This document shows positions 34,515 to 48,207 of a DNA stretch of 64,000 bases, piece by piece. Origin of the DNA: Mytilus trossulus (lineage: Eukaryota); the NCBI RefSeq assembly GCF_036588685.1, contig NC_086380.1, positions 37,944,001 to 38,008,000 on the forward strand, given 5' to 3'. Each line of letters begins with the position of its first letter. Positions within the stretch are counted from its first letter, which is position 1. The translations under genes were made by a program, and so were the position numbers. Under the pieces are notes generated by a model. The model was not told the origin of the DNA. It saw only the letters and a program-made list of their open reading frames with translations, and did no database searches.

Positions 34515-35820
34515 TGGTCTTCCAAGAGCTACACGAAACCTTTTTCTAAATCATTAACATCTATTCAATCAGCAATCAAAGCCGGGCTTCAACGTTATTG
34601 TGAAACGGCCTATTCTAGTGGTGGCGTGAATCAGATGTGGATATTAAAATTTCCAACGATTTTTTAGAGTACATACAATCTAACTCTCTTTCATCTTGCA
34701 ATAGTATTAAAACATTTGACTGTTCTACACTTTACACAAGTATTCCACATTCTAAACTCAAAAACAAATTCAAAGAGATGGTATTGCTTTGTTTCATACA
34801 AAAAAATGGCCAACGTAAATACACGTATCTTCTTTGTAAATGTTAACTCTGATTCAAACAAAAATTCTCTGAATCCGATATTATCAAGATGCTTGATATA
34901 TTGATTGACAACATATTTCCTAAGTTAGAAGACGTGTTTTTAACAGACTGTTGTCATTCCAATGGGAACCCTATGCTTGTCGACTTGTTTCTATATTATT
35001 ATAAAGCTGACTTCATACAGGAACTTCTTAGGAAGAAATATAAGAAGTTAGTAATATCTTTTAACGTTACTTTCTGTTATATAGATAATGTTCTGTAACA
35101 AAATAATTCAAATTCTTTGTGACTATGTTGAACGCATTTATCCAATCGAACTAGAGGTAAAGGATACAACAGATAGAGTTAAGTCGGCCTCATAGCTTGA
35201 CCTACATGTAGAAATTGTCAATGAGGGTCGGTTAAAAACAACCCTTTACGACAAAAGAGTTGATTTCAGCTTTTCAATTGTGAACTTTCCATTCCTAAAT
35301 ATATGTAGCAACATTCCAGCAGCACCTGCATACGGGGTATATATTTCCCAATTGATACGATATTCCTATGCTTATAATTCTTTTCATGATTTTCTTGATA
35401 GAGGGTAACTGCTCACAAGGAAGCTATTAAACCAAGAGTTCCAAATTGTGAAGTTGAAATCATCCCTTCGTAAATTTTACGGACGCCATCACGAGTTGGT
35501 TGGCCATTATGGAATAACCGTTTCATAGATGATATCGGATATATTCCTTACGTCGTAATTACAATCCCCATCCGTTTCATGAATTGTCTATCGAATTAAA
35601 CTATTTATCGGATTTGTTATAACATGAGCAACACGACTGGTGCCACATGTGGAGCAGGATCTGCTTACCCTTCCGGAGCACCTAGGATCACCCGCAGTTT
35701 TTTGGTGGGGTTCTTGTTGCTCAATTTTAGTTTTATATTTTGTGTCATGTGAACTATTGTTTGTTTGTTTGTCTTTTTGTCAGTTTATTTTTGATTTATG
35801 AGTTTGACTGTCCCTCTTTC
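34515..35820 (+). pseudogene. Decayed, 5'-truncated Penelope-like retroelement (RT 3' half plus 3' UTR)
   Basis: Frameshifted RT motifs: SIKTFDCSTLYTSIPH, IPMG, LVDLFLYYY, TFCYIDNVL (YIDD-like), IYPIELEVKDTT, LYDKRVDFSFSIVNFPFL, NIPAAPAYGVYISQLIRY. The 3' UTR recurs at 62312-62490 (-) and ~63880-63990. Confidence 0.85.
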
Positions 35821-37806
35821 GAATATAAAGATACATAGCACTTAAAAAAAGTACTGTTAAACAAAATGCTAATTATCGTTTACTCTCAAATTGTTCATGA
35901 AAGATCCTGGTTTTTCTATAAGTTTTTGGTTGATGGATAACATTTTGGTTTAACGTTGCATACCCATATCATTGAGTAAATAGTGGCAGTCTGCCTGAAA
36001 TGAAGTAGACCGATTTTCAGATCTGATCTTTTCACACTGATTTAGACACGTTTTTAGTTCGTTTTTTTTTTAACTTTCGAGGTTAAATATTGAATTAATT
36101 TTTTTTTAACTTTAATGTTCATTCTTATCAAAATAGTTGCCTGCTTTGTTACAGGCATATCAAATGGTAAAAGAAATATTGATTTATTATTACTAGTATT
36201 AAGTCTGGTCACGCATTATCTTTCACGATCATAATAATGCATTGCCTGATCTTTCACGATCAAGTTTGATGAAAATTCAACAAAATTTAAGGTTTTCATA
36301 AACAAATAAACGCTTTTAATGGAAGAGCACACTTTATCAGATACACCAAAGATTTAATTTCAAATATATCATGATATATTGAAATATGAACATTAGGGGA
36401 CAACCATTTGATATTCTAGGGGGGGGGGGGCATTAGGATTTTGAAAATAAAAAACTCAGCCTTGATCATCAAAACAATAAAGGGTTTGTTCTGTGGTAAT
36501 TTGAAAATAAATGACCTGACTTGCAATGTATTGAAAATAAATAGCTCAGCAGGTCTAATCGAAAGTATGAGATGGCACCAGATTCTTCATAAATTCATCC
36601 TTTTTCAAAAACAAATCGGGAAACACTTCCAAATCTTTATAATAAAAACATTAACACTATCCAAATATAATTGAAATGTTTGAAAATTGTCTTCATCTAG
36701 CTTAAGGTATATTGTTTCAGAAACACGTACCTTACTTTTATTACAGGGCCGTTACTGCATTTAGGCAAATGCCTCATGTAGGAAATTTCAAAACCTAACG
36801 CTCATCTCCAGATCAAATTGTGTTCACCATGACTGCTTTACAAGAAACGAGGTTATGTTCCCCCTCAGACGTAGTCTTTGATTTTTCTGGATCAATGTTT
36901 CTTATTTATTTGTCTTTTGTTCATTGATTGCCTATCTATATACTGAGAGGGGTTGCATTCATTTTAAATTTGTTATTAACTTGAACATGAGTTTTGAAAA
37001 GAAACAGCAGCCACAGACTTAACTTTGTGAATGACATTTTTGCTTTATCTTGCATATTGGTCTTTTGATGTTGTCCCTAGAAACTTAAGGCTTACACTGA
37101 ATCTATACATTTTGCTTTGAGACCAAAATATTGTAAAAATATTATTAAAACAGAACTTGCATTTTAAGATTAAGGAAGGATCTGGGGAACACCAGAAAGT
37201 ATGATTGTGTACACTGTTCTATAGCTTCTTGTGCCTTCAGCAGTTGCAAAACCCTTCAAAAATTTTGGCCTCGCTCCGCTCGGCAAACAAACTGTTTTTC
37301 AATACATTTAAAAGAGCCTAATACTAACAAACTTTAACACTGTGTATGTATGCAATACATGTATATACGGTGGGGAATACATAGGGTTCATTTCTGCAAA
37401 GGATGAGGATTCATTCTGATAAAATGGTACATAAATATAGTTGTGAAAATAAAAATATGTCCCTTGCTTTAATGGCTTATAGGTCCAAATAGCGTGTTTT
37501 TTTTAAATTGATTCCAATGACATGCATTGCGCTTTTGTGTTTTTTTCATAAAGTACTGCATATTTTCTTTTGTCATTGCACAGTAATGTTGAGGAAGTTG
37601 AACCATTTTGACAGACATATTTATTTGTTCGGATAAGATCCGCATTTTGCAAATTAAGCGATTATGTTTACATATTCTGAACTAGAATTTACATTCAATG
37701 TCTTTCACGATCCGGTACCAGAGCTTTCACGATCGTGTCCAAATACTTGACCTCAGTTAAATTTCTTTCACGATCATTTCTCTCGTTGAACCGAATGACA
37801 TCGTTG

Positions 37807-39510
37807 ATATTTGTTTCTACTTATTAAATTGCTCAATCCACAAATATTTGGTACACATTTAAGCAATGACAAACTGCATTCGTCAAAATTTAAAACTGTA
37901 GTATGGCATTTTGTCAGATTTATCAAATAATAACATTAAAGGTTTTCCGAAAACATCGGTATAAATATAACCTTGAAATGATTTCCATGTAATTAGACTG
38001 AGGGTTAACTGGTCTATAAATAACTCGTTGTCATAAGTTATATCTAGATAAAAAGTATAACGTTCGGAAAAATGTCACAACGATTTATATTATAATGACA
38101 TGTGGCGGTAGAACAATCAGATATTATATATTCATGTTCGACCATCAATGTACACACTTGAGCAGTAGCACACTGCATGTGTTAATATTTAAAACTCTTG
38201 TGCGGCATTTTGCCATATTAATTAACTATTATAGTTTAATAATAACGCTATAGGTTTTCCGAAAACACCGTTATAAATAGATCCTTGTAATGTCATCAAT
38301 AACTTAGGTAACGTTGGACATTTTACAAGCTTTATCAATTTGTTTTGGGAACATTATAGTTAAATTATATAACTAAAATTTAGATTTTCCGAAAATATCG
38401 ATTTCGAAAGATAATTTGTAATGGATTTCGTATGAGGATACGGTTTAAAGGGTTTAAGGTTTGTTTTTTTTTGGTTTTATGATTCTATTCAATCGAGGTC
38501 AAAAGTTACGGAGGTGGAAATAAAGACCCTGCCTCTTATCAACCTAAATCGTCTTCTGTGAAATACAGAAATATTGATGGGAACTTTGAAATTGAAATTG
38601 AAATTGAAATGTATCACAAGCATACAAATAAATCTGAAGTATTTATAATAAGTATGCATACAAAATACTTTCCTACGCACTGAACAAGTTTTAAAAACAA
38701 TCCATTTAGAATTCGTATAACCACACACGCTTTAGAATATTTATTTTGTCAGTATTGCATGACAGACCAGTGACATATGGACAATCCCCCCCTGATTTTT
38801 TTAGTATGGGTAATTTTACATATGGAAAAATCAAACCAGTGGTCAACCTTCCATTGCAGGAAATCCTTCAACCAGAAAATTTAACTCCCTTTATTTCTTT
38901 CAATGAATGCTAACTGTACACTAGGTTACGCTATAAATGTATATAAAGTAGATTGAATAGCTATGAAAATGTTGTTCAAGCTTCCATAGATGAGTATAAC
39001 AAAACAAAATTTCTGTTATTCCTACCAAATACTAATAATATCATTATGAAAAACAAATATTGAACATCTAACAATTTGAAAAAATCTGAGGTCTAATTTG
39101 AGGGGGATAAGTTTTTTAAGAATTGTGTGAATAAGGTAAAACATAGTTAAAACATATTTTTTACTACTTATTATCCACAATTTTTGGTACACACTTGAAC
39201 AATGACACACTGCATTCGTCAATATTCAAAACTGTAGTGTGGCATTTTGCCAGATTTATCAACTATTATAGTTTCATAATAACGCTATAGGTTTTCCGAA
39301 AACATCGGTATAAATAAATCCTTGTAATGGTTGCCTTAACTGGCCTATAAATAACTCTTTGTTATAAGTATATCGTTTGGAGAAATATCACAACGGTTTA
39401 TAGTATAATGATATGTGGCGGTAGAATTATAAGAAATGATATCTTCATGTTCGATCAAACTTCTCTAATGATATTTTCTGTAATGAAAACAGGTCACAAA
39501 GTCAGTAACC
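37807..39510 (+). repeat. Local tandem/segmental duplication of the sequence flanking the 12-kb element
   Basis: 38715-39155 matches 25232-25704; 39155-39505 matches 37807-38145 and ~24460-24740; the motif TTCCGAAAACATCGGTATAAATA recurs at ~24520, 37945, 38257 and 39294. Confidence 0.8.
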
Positions 39511-42500
39511 AGTTAGCAACCTTCAAAATCATTGCACGCTGAAAAAACTTATGACACGAATTCATTGATATATAGATGTTTGTGTATTAATTGTCTTTAA
39601 TATAATAGAAAAAATTATTTCTAGGAAGTAAATTTTACGTTTAAGAACGGTCAAAGTGAAGGACGATAATTTATCTGAAAGTCATTTCATATATAATAAA
39701 AATCATATTTCATCCCAATAATTTTTAAATTGATGTTAAAACTTGAAACTTTCAAACTTTAATATGGTCTGTTTAAAATTTTGAGAGACTGTGCAGATGT
39801 TTTCGATCTTGATTATCATCTTCAAAATTAAGTGCCGAATTTTGTCATGATATTTCGCAAAATAAATTTGATCTTTCTATTTGATTTGGTTCAATAACTT
39901 GGTATTTTGTAACTTTCCAATTTCGTCAAATTCTTTAAATCATGTATCTTTGCTTTGTAAATGAAGTTCTTCCTAAATATTATGTGTTATGATAAATTTT
40001 AGTTCAAACTTGTGTATCGGTTCTTTTGTTGACTATTTAAATCACATGCAGAGAGCGCAATTGTTTTACCTTCTCATGTTAAAAGATGCCCTGTACAATA
40101 CGGTATCTTTGGATATACTGTAAAAGATGTACACGAAATTTAGAAAATCCTGAATACGGACACGTACAACGACAGTCATAATTGTAAAATAAATTGATTT
40201 TCCTATGATTAGCAAATAAAATTGGCCATGTGTAATCTGTTATCTTCAACTCGTTAACTCGGATTTTTTTTTATACTGGACACCCTAGACCTACTTATCG
40301 TGATTGAATAGATCGACATTGTTTTGACACAGGTACAAAATTGAATGACAGTAGATTTGTCAATAGCATTTTTCGATAGTTTAAACATATTCTATTGTTC
40401 AAAATGACAAATGAATTCGACACAAGTTTTACAACTTAGGTACGCCTTCTCCAGGTCGATGTGTAAATCAATGAAAACCATGCAAAATCAAACCTACCTA
40501 TGTACGTACTTGTATCTATATTTAAATCATAAATGGATTATTAAAGGAATTGGTAGTGTTCGAAATTAAGTAGCATGGTAAGACAGCTTTGACATTATAA
40601 AACTTTGATAATATAATGTACGCAGTTAAGTAAAAATCATTAAATGTCTCTGTACACAAATAAGCAGTTATAAAGCCAATTGGTCAATAGTTCAATATTT
40701 ACAAAATATTTAAATATACGCCATACCTTTTGTCGTAATTTGCAATATGTATAACATGTAAAATATTTTTTTAATTTTTTTAAAAAATCTATTTTATTTA
40801 AGCATATAAGCAAAGAATGTTGTAATTTAAAACTGTAATTTTGAAATTCTAACAAATTTATTATTGCAAAGTTCATTGTTGCAAATGCACGTCCGTTTTA
40901 GGAATACTTAGATCGAAAATATTAAAGCACTATCTTCCATTTAGTCGCTTATGAAGCACAAGAAAAGGACAGGAAAAAGTATATGCCAATGCAAGTAATA
41001 TTCTGTAAAACAAGGGAATATACTGTAGTTCTTTTTTTTCGTTTTTATCGATCCTTAATTTATTAAGTTTATTCGGCGGATATTTTATATCTTCTGCAAA
41101 TGATCTCAGCCCATAGAATTTTTCACGAACATACAATCATTTCAAAGCGTAAACAAATCTATAAACGGAAATTATTTACCCTGATCGGCTAAATTCGTGA
41201 AACAAAAAGACAACCATGAGTATGTATTATATAAATTATATAAATTTAGAAAAGGGAAAAGGAAATGTATCAAGATAACAACCCGACCCAATAGTAGAAA
41301 AAAAACCAACCAACAATGATTTTTCAATACGGTGAACATAAATTTAAATCAAATTGTTAAAGAATTTAAACTCTTTAAACATTGTGTGTACAATTTGTCG
41401 GACATGCTGTACTAAAATGTTCACCTGCAAAAATTATGATTTCTAATCCCAAGAAAACTAAAAATTATATTCAGCTGTATATCAATTATATATACTGGTA
41501 GTAACCCCCTCCTCCGTTTTTAAAACCTCTGTATCTAATATATTACTATTTCACTTTAAAAAAATGTATTACCAGAACATGTAAATGAACGTACGTAACA
41601 TATAAACATAGTTGAAATGAAAGTTCATGATCCCTGTTCTACATGCTATTGACGTCATACCAATATTATTTACAAGTAATAACGGAACCACATTGTGTCA
41701 CTAATTTAGCGAATGCAAACAGTATGGTTCACAGCAATTTGTTGAATTTTTATTTTAAAAGATTAGTGTTTAATTTAAAAGTACCTGTATAATGAACATA
41801 ACATTCTTATTATTTGTATTGACACGATCAAAGAAAGATGACCATTTTCTTAATTTTCTTAAATGTTTAAATATGACATATTACACTGAAATATCCGAGT
41901 CTTGCTCCTGGTACACAGTTATTACCTTTAACTTTAAGTGTCTAAACATATAGTCTCTAGTCTGAACAATATCTAATTGCACACTTTTATTCATACACCT
42001 TCTTCAGTTATTTGTATATGTATGCATACAATTATGAGAAGTTAGATGGATTAAATTCCATTTATTTTCAAAAGAAATACTCTAACATGTCTAAATAGAT
42101 ACAAATCAAGGATTTTTAAAAGGGGTCCAAAGGCCACAAACTAGGCAAAATTGAGTGGGACATGAAAACAGGATATGCAATAACCAAATATGTACCTCCA
42201 CTGCTATGAAATAGTTGTGCTTCCTAACTGAATAGACATTCAAAAAATTAAGGAAATTATAAAAGAATTTGACAAAGTTTCATGACAAGACAATTATTAT
42301 CATAGACAATATGTCAATTGTAGCATTCAATTTCAGCTAACACAATTTTTCCTTTAAAATTCCCTAACAATGTTGACTGCTGTATATTCGACATTATTAA
42401 CTATAATGTTTGTTTGTTACGTTCACGCAATAACGTTTTCAATATAATGGAATTTAATGCGACTGTCATACTAGTGAAAGGTTTAACTGGTTATAAAACC

Positions 42501-43109
42501 AGGTTCGATACACCATTTTCTACATTAGAAAATCTCTGTACAAAGTCAATATAAAAAAGAAGATGTGGTATGATTGCCAATGAGACAACTGTCCACATGA
42601 GACCAAAATGACACAGACATTAACAACTATAGGTCACCGTACGGCCGTCAACAATGAACAAAGCCCAAACAGCATAGTCAGCAATATGACAGTTGATATT
42701 CATTCGTTTGATATGTGTGAGCTATTGATTTTGCCATGTTGTTAGGAACTTTCCGTTTGAATTTTCCCCGGAGTTCAGTATTTTTGTGATTTTACTTCTT
42801 TCTAATACAATAGAAGCATGTATTTACAGCAATTGGACAGTCATTCAAAATTTCAAGGATTCAAAATTTATTACAACCAATCAAAGTTTTAACTAAATTG
42901 TCAATCGACAGAACAAGGTGTAATAAGATAAATATTTATAGTGTTATCTCTTAGATTCTTATGCAATGCATGAAGAATGTCAAAACCTTTCTTATAACCT
43001 ATTGATTAAAAACAAACGTATGGTTATAAAACATCATAATACAAATAAAAACAAACATCCTTGAAAGAAAATGATGTATGTGTTATTTCAAACTCAACAC
43101 TCGTCTTAA

Positions 43110-43382
43110 GGTGGTACCCAACACTTTTGCTAAAATTGATTTGGCTCGTTTAATTTTCATAAAATTTTAACAATGTATTCACTTTGACCCTTTAACAAAA
43201 ACATAAAAATTTCAAAAACATTGAACCAACCGTTTTGTCAGAAAAATTACACTGGTTATATAGCAGTTTGACAAACACCAATTTTGATCATTGAGACGCT
43301 TAATATTCCCTTTACAACACAACGTAATTAAAACGTTTAGCTGATTTTACAGAGTTATCTCCCTGTAGTGTTAGGTACCACC
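43110..43382. mobile_element. Kolobok-like MITE with TTAA target duplication
   Basis: TTAA-GGTGGTACCCAACACT ... AGTGTTAGGTACCACC-TTAA. Confidence 0.85.
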
Positions 43383-43871
43383 TTAAGCATAACCAAATAT
43401 CCAATTATTCATTTATCTTTTACATTTTAGTTTAATTGATCTGCAAACTGAGAAACTTAAGTTTGTTTCAATCTTTAAAAATAAAAAGACAGATTCAACC
43501 ACATGGGTTAACTAATACCATATAGATTTCCAAGGCCAAAACCTTACAGCAGCATGTACGTATTTAATTTTTTTATCATGGATAACAACAAATATGCATG
43601 ACATTGTTAATTCAACTGCAAATCTGTTTCGTTCATTTTTTTTATCGAAATAAATATATTGGATATACAGTGATTTACAGTATAAAACTAAGAGTAAAAA
43701 GGGATGGCTTAAACTTTATAAATGTCCTGTTATTATTTATAATTTGTTTAAAAACTAAGGATTTCTTATCCAAGGAATAGATAACCTTAGCGGTATTTGG
43801 CACAAATTTTTGGAATTTGGAGTCTGCAATGCTCTCCAACTTTGTACTTGTTTGGCTTTATTTTGATCTGA

Positions 43872-43915
43872 GCGTCACTGATGAGTCTTATGTAGACGAA
43901 AGGCGCGTCTGGTGT
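43872..43915 (+). ncRNA. Hammerhead ribozyme copy (helix III mutated) within a retrozyme fragment at ~43730-43948
   Basis: GCGTCA CTGATGA GTCT tatgt AGAC GAAA ggcgc GTC TGGTGT; two substitutions relative to the 19133 copy. Confidence 0.8.
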
Positions 43916-45825
43916 ACTAAATTATAATGCTGGTATATTTGATAACTTTTGGCATATGATTACTGTGTACTAATTGATATTTTGGTTTTAGATACATTAC
44001 GTTTTTCTTAGTTGATATTGACTTTGAAATAACTATCTTTAAATAAGAATACTGTTAAATCTGTACTTTGTGTCCCTTTTGTTTTGACTGATGTATAAAT
44101 ACCCTGCCATATCCGTTTTTTTTTTAGATGTTTTAGCTTTGCATTGATCTGATGAGTGAAGCCCATTTAACTGATTTTGGTAGATTGTTCATACGTTGTA
44201 CTGATAAATCCGGAACGGTTTAAGGGAAGGTTGTCGTATTCAAACTTGTCTCAACTTGCCAAATTATTTATGAACCTGTCGAAAGTCAGGAACCTGTAGA
44301 TGACTAGATGTCATATGTTCATGTTTTTTATATTTATTTTTGTTATGAAGTATGCCATTAGGTTCTTAATTGAAATGTTTCATATTTTTCATATCGGCTC
44401 ATTTCAAAGATATGATTTATTTTTATCTCATTAATTAATGTCATATAGTTGCGTTAAGTTGGTTTTACCAACTCCATTTGAATTTTGTTGAATTGTTGTC
44501 TTATAAGTAATCATACCACAGCTCTCTATTTTATTTATTCTTCTTTTCGTTAATTATATAGTCAACATTATGCCGTTATGTTTGTCATTTGAATTATTTC
44601 ACTTTGAAATTTTCTTGTCGCGGCCTTTACAAACTGTCCTTAATAATGTATTATTTTTCAATGTTGAAGGCCTTATGGTGACATGTTAATGTCTTCTTCT
44701 TCATCATTGAAACTCTGATGGATAACGTGTCATTTTTTATCATACCACAACTCCTTAACTTTATATTAAAGGCTAATTTTGTTATGACGATACCATAATA
44801 TAATTATTCAAGAAATAATTGATGCAAGCTATACTTTATTGTAGTTTTCACATGGGTAGGGATTTTATTCGTGATTATTTTTGCCCGAGCTATAGTGAAT
44901 ATAATGACTACCCATTTTAAAATTTCAATAAAGTATAGCTTGCAACAATTATTTCGATTCTGATTAGGACAATTAAGGTGATTTATATGTCCTATTTGTA
45001 TAAGTGTATAGCGTTTGTGTAGGCTCTTCCATGAACTTCCTTCTTTTGTTTGTGAACAAACAAACGACTAGCAATGTGATTTTTCACACATAACACATTA
45101 CAGTCATCTTTAAAGAGTTAAGAAGTGTTTTAAGTTAATAATTTTTTTTAAATGCACGCCAATTTGAAAAAAAATCATTATTCTGCAGTAGTCAATATAC
45201 GCATGTGCAAAAAAAATTTATTGGATTTAGAGGTTATAGTTATGCACAAAGCAAAAGAAGCGCGTCATATTAGAATTTTTAATAACATTTGCAATTACGA
45301 AAAACATTAAATGTAACAGAAGCGGATATCCAGTTGAAATAAAAAAAGAAATACAAATATGCAAGTGTTATAAAAAATAGTTGTTTATTAATGTTTAAAT
45401 TGTTTTATAAATGTTTAAAAAAGGTGTAATTTAAATTAAAATTTCTGTGTATTTGTTTTTTCATCTTACATATTTAGTCATGCTCAAGTTATAGTATTGA
45501 GGTATTCTACGATTAACCTCCACACGCTATGTATATCAGTGCATGTTTGACGATCTATATTTCGTTTGAAAATATATAATATATAAACGAAATTTTTCAT
45601 AAGCTGTGCTCCTCATTTTGGCAAGGAAATTACCGATACAAACCAGTCTGTTTCATATCTCCTCTTTAATTGAGAAATGGACAATGATAATGTGAGACGA
45701 AAGAAATTAAGTTGTTTAATAAATAAATGTTTTACTTGATCGTTCTTGAATATCTAGGTCTAATATGATCACGGATATGTTCAAATTGGTGGAACAACTA
45801 TCTAAAACGGTATAATGGTACAGAG

Positions 45826-46486
45826 ATGTCGTTGTCGTCCGAAACATTTGGTTTCCAGATAGTAAACATGGTAAATAGAGTGTGAGTGTATGGATCTACC
45901 TGAAATTTACAAGGAGGTTCCGTACCAAAAGAAGTAGTTGTTGGTCCATTTTGGTGAATGGGATGTTATTGGTCTAATTGTTTAGGAATTTATCTGGACA
46001 AATACTTCAGTATAAATGAAAGGATCATTATAAAACTAACGACAAGGTTTCATATCTTAAAAGGACAGTGGTGGTTGATCTAAGGGCATTTGACCCAAAC
46101 TGTTTTGGAATTAGCATGATTAGGGGAAAGCAAAATCAAAGATTTTCTGGTTAACGGACAATAACTTGAGTATCAGTCTATAAATCCATTTTTTCCCCTC
46201 AAGGTTCCCATTTTAAAACGATTTTTGGGGTTACAATTTTAAACGTTTTGGAAGTAGGGGCCAAACACAATATTTTTCTAATACTTTGTACAAATTATTT
46301 ATTGAGGAATTTAAATGGTGTATAATTAAAAATCTTGACTTTTTTTAATATGTTAGATCAAATTTCAAATTGTTTATTTTTTTAACTACATTATTTCTGT
46401 GTCATTAACCTATGCTGTGTCAAATATGTAATCTCGATCCAAATGCAGAGCTGTATCAAGCTTATATGTTATGTCCATACTTGTCT
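45826..46486 (+). mobile_element. Degraded copy of the 1353-2772 HINE-like family
   Basis: GTCGTTGTCGTCCGAAACATTTGG start, about three decayed core units, and an ATCCAAATGCAGAGCTGTATCAAGCTT...TGTCCATACTTG end shared with ~2662-2710. Confidence 0.65.
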
Positions 46487-47837
46487 AAAATTAACAAAAA
46501 CGACAAATGAGTAGTAGGAAACACAATCGACGCCACAAATGAGGCGGCATTTCTTCTTCTTTGGCTTTTACAATTACAGAAATTTGTAAAGGGCTACCTT
46601 AATCAAAAGGAGATAAAAAAAAACACCTTGTGGTTTATACAATAGTCGAAGTTGAAGTTTTCATTTAATAACATAAGAAATGTATACCAAATTAAATCAG
46701 ATGTAATCATGATGCAATTGATGTAACCATTAAAGTAACGTAATGTTACCAGATACTTTAAGAAATGATTTAATAGTTAATTTAAGTTAATCGTACAAAT
46801 AACAATGTATAATAATCAATTACTTTGAAAGTAATCAGACCAATGGTTGCACATATATTAAGTATATCTTATGACATCTTCAAGACATAAAAAGATTATT
46901 TTAGACCCTCTGGGTTTTTAGAAATTCATGATTTCGATAAAATATGTCCCCACCCTTTTTTCATTCACCGCTTTTCTTGGTCATACTAGTAAAAAGTAAC
47001 CAAATTTGCAAGACCATGAATAATTTGTTTAAATTTATAGGTTGTTTGTTCCCCTCTTATTTTTGCATTTAAAACTTTTCCAATTTCTTCCGGAATATGA
47101 TTTCAATATTATTTCAATAATCAACATCTGATATGTTGACATATTTAACATCTCTTATGCAAACACATTTTGAACACAACAATTTTTTGAAAATCTCTAT
47201 TCTACCTAAGTGGCCTAGTATTTATTTACCTTGCCAACGCACAGGTTAAAAATAAATCCCTGTAGTAATGGTTTTACCAAGTATTTTCGATAAAGTTTTT
47301 AAATAAATCTCAGTAATTGTTTTACCAAGTATTTTCCAAATAGGTTTTTAAAATAAACCTTTAAAATAGATATGATTAATATCTATGTATAACGAACATA
47401 TTAAGGTCACATTTAAACTATCGTGTACTGAAATCATAATTGTCACAGTAACAACAATAAAAAATAAAATGAAGAAATAAAATTCATTTACTTTTTTCTA
47501 GTTAACCCGATTTCTCATGTTTTCACTCTCAAATAGGATTATATATTGCCAAATGATATAACAGTTTTAATAAAAATATTGAATACTAAGCAGAATAAGT
47601 ATTTTATTTTAGTTTTTTTTCAATTGCAGTGTTACTTGTCAGATGTCAGAAAGTTTATTCATTATTTTTACACATATGCTGCATAGTAACTTCATTTTAA
47701 ATAGCGCATGGATAGATTTCAACAGTATTTTTATATGTCTAACGGATTGACGAAAGATTTGGCAAAACATATAAGAATTCATAGAATTGACTTTTAACTA
47801 AAATATATTCGAAACATTTAAAATATTGACCATAACA

Positions 47838-48031
47838 TGCATACTGACTATCTTCTTCACTTTATTACTAAACATATTATCGTGAAGGAAACAAAAGTTC
47901 TAAGGTGTATATTTGTATTGCATAAGCCACATTCATGTATAAAGTAACAACAACAAAAGAATGACGTTACAATAAAAGTTCCTTACCGACGTCCGCAGGA
48001 CGTCACGTTAAAGTTCGTGGGTTTCTCAACA
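47838..48031 (-). repeat. Probable 3' LTR of the BEL/Pao element
   Basis: On the minus strand GCGGCCCCGGAGAA (PPT-like) is followed by TGTTGAG...AATAAA...TATGCA. The distal end is uncertain because no 5' LTR is available for comparison. Confidence 0.6.
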
Positions 48032-48207
48032 TTCTCCGGGGCCGCAGAAAGTGTCTCAAATATACGGAATAAATTAAATGAATTGTTCTAGAACTGAATG
48101 AACATTTACGAATAAATGAAATGAAATATTTCTTTTAAAATTAATGTCTCATATAAATTAAATAATTTAAATTTACTGTCACTTCACTTGAATATAATTA
48201 AAAAATT

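Larger units (their letters stand above)
25705..37806. mobile_element. Old 12.1-kb TIR element (CAC/CAA ends, ATATT flanks; Chapaev/Transib-like, superfamily uncertain) hosting nested insertions
   Basis: Imperfect long TIRs (25705-~25945 vs ~37598-37806) with repeated GATCGTGAAAG/CTTTCACGATC; ATATT on both sides; an uninterrupted paralogous site at ~39140-39172. Confidence 0.8.

Noticed and set aside
39510-47800. Short ORFs of 60-78 aa in this AT-rich stretch (and similar ones elsewhere)
   Set aside because: Often start at TTG/GTG, have low-complexity F/I/K/L composition, no motifs and no coherent splice chain.
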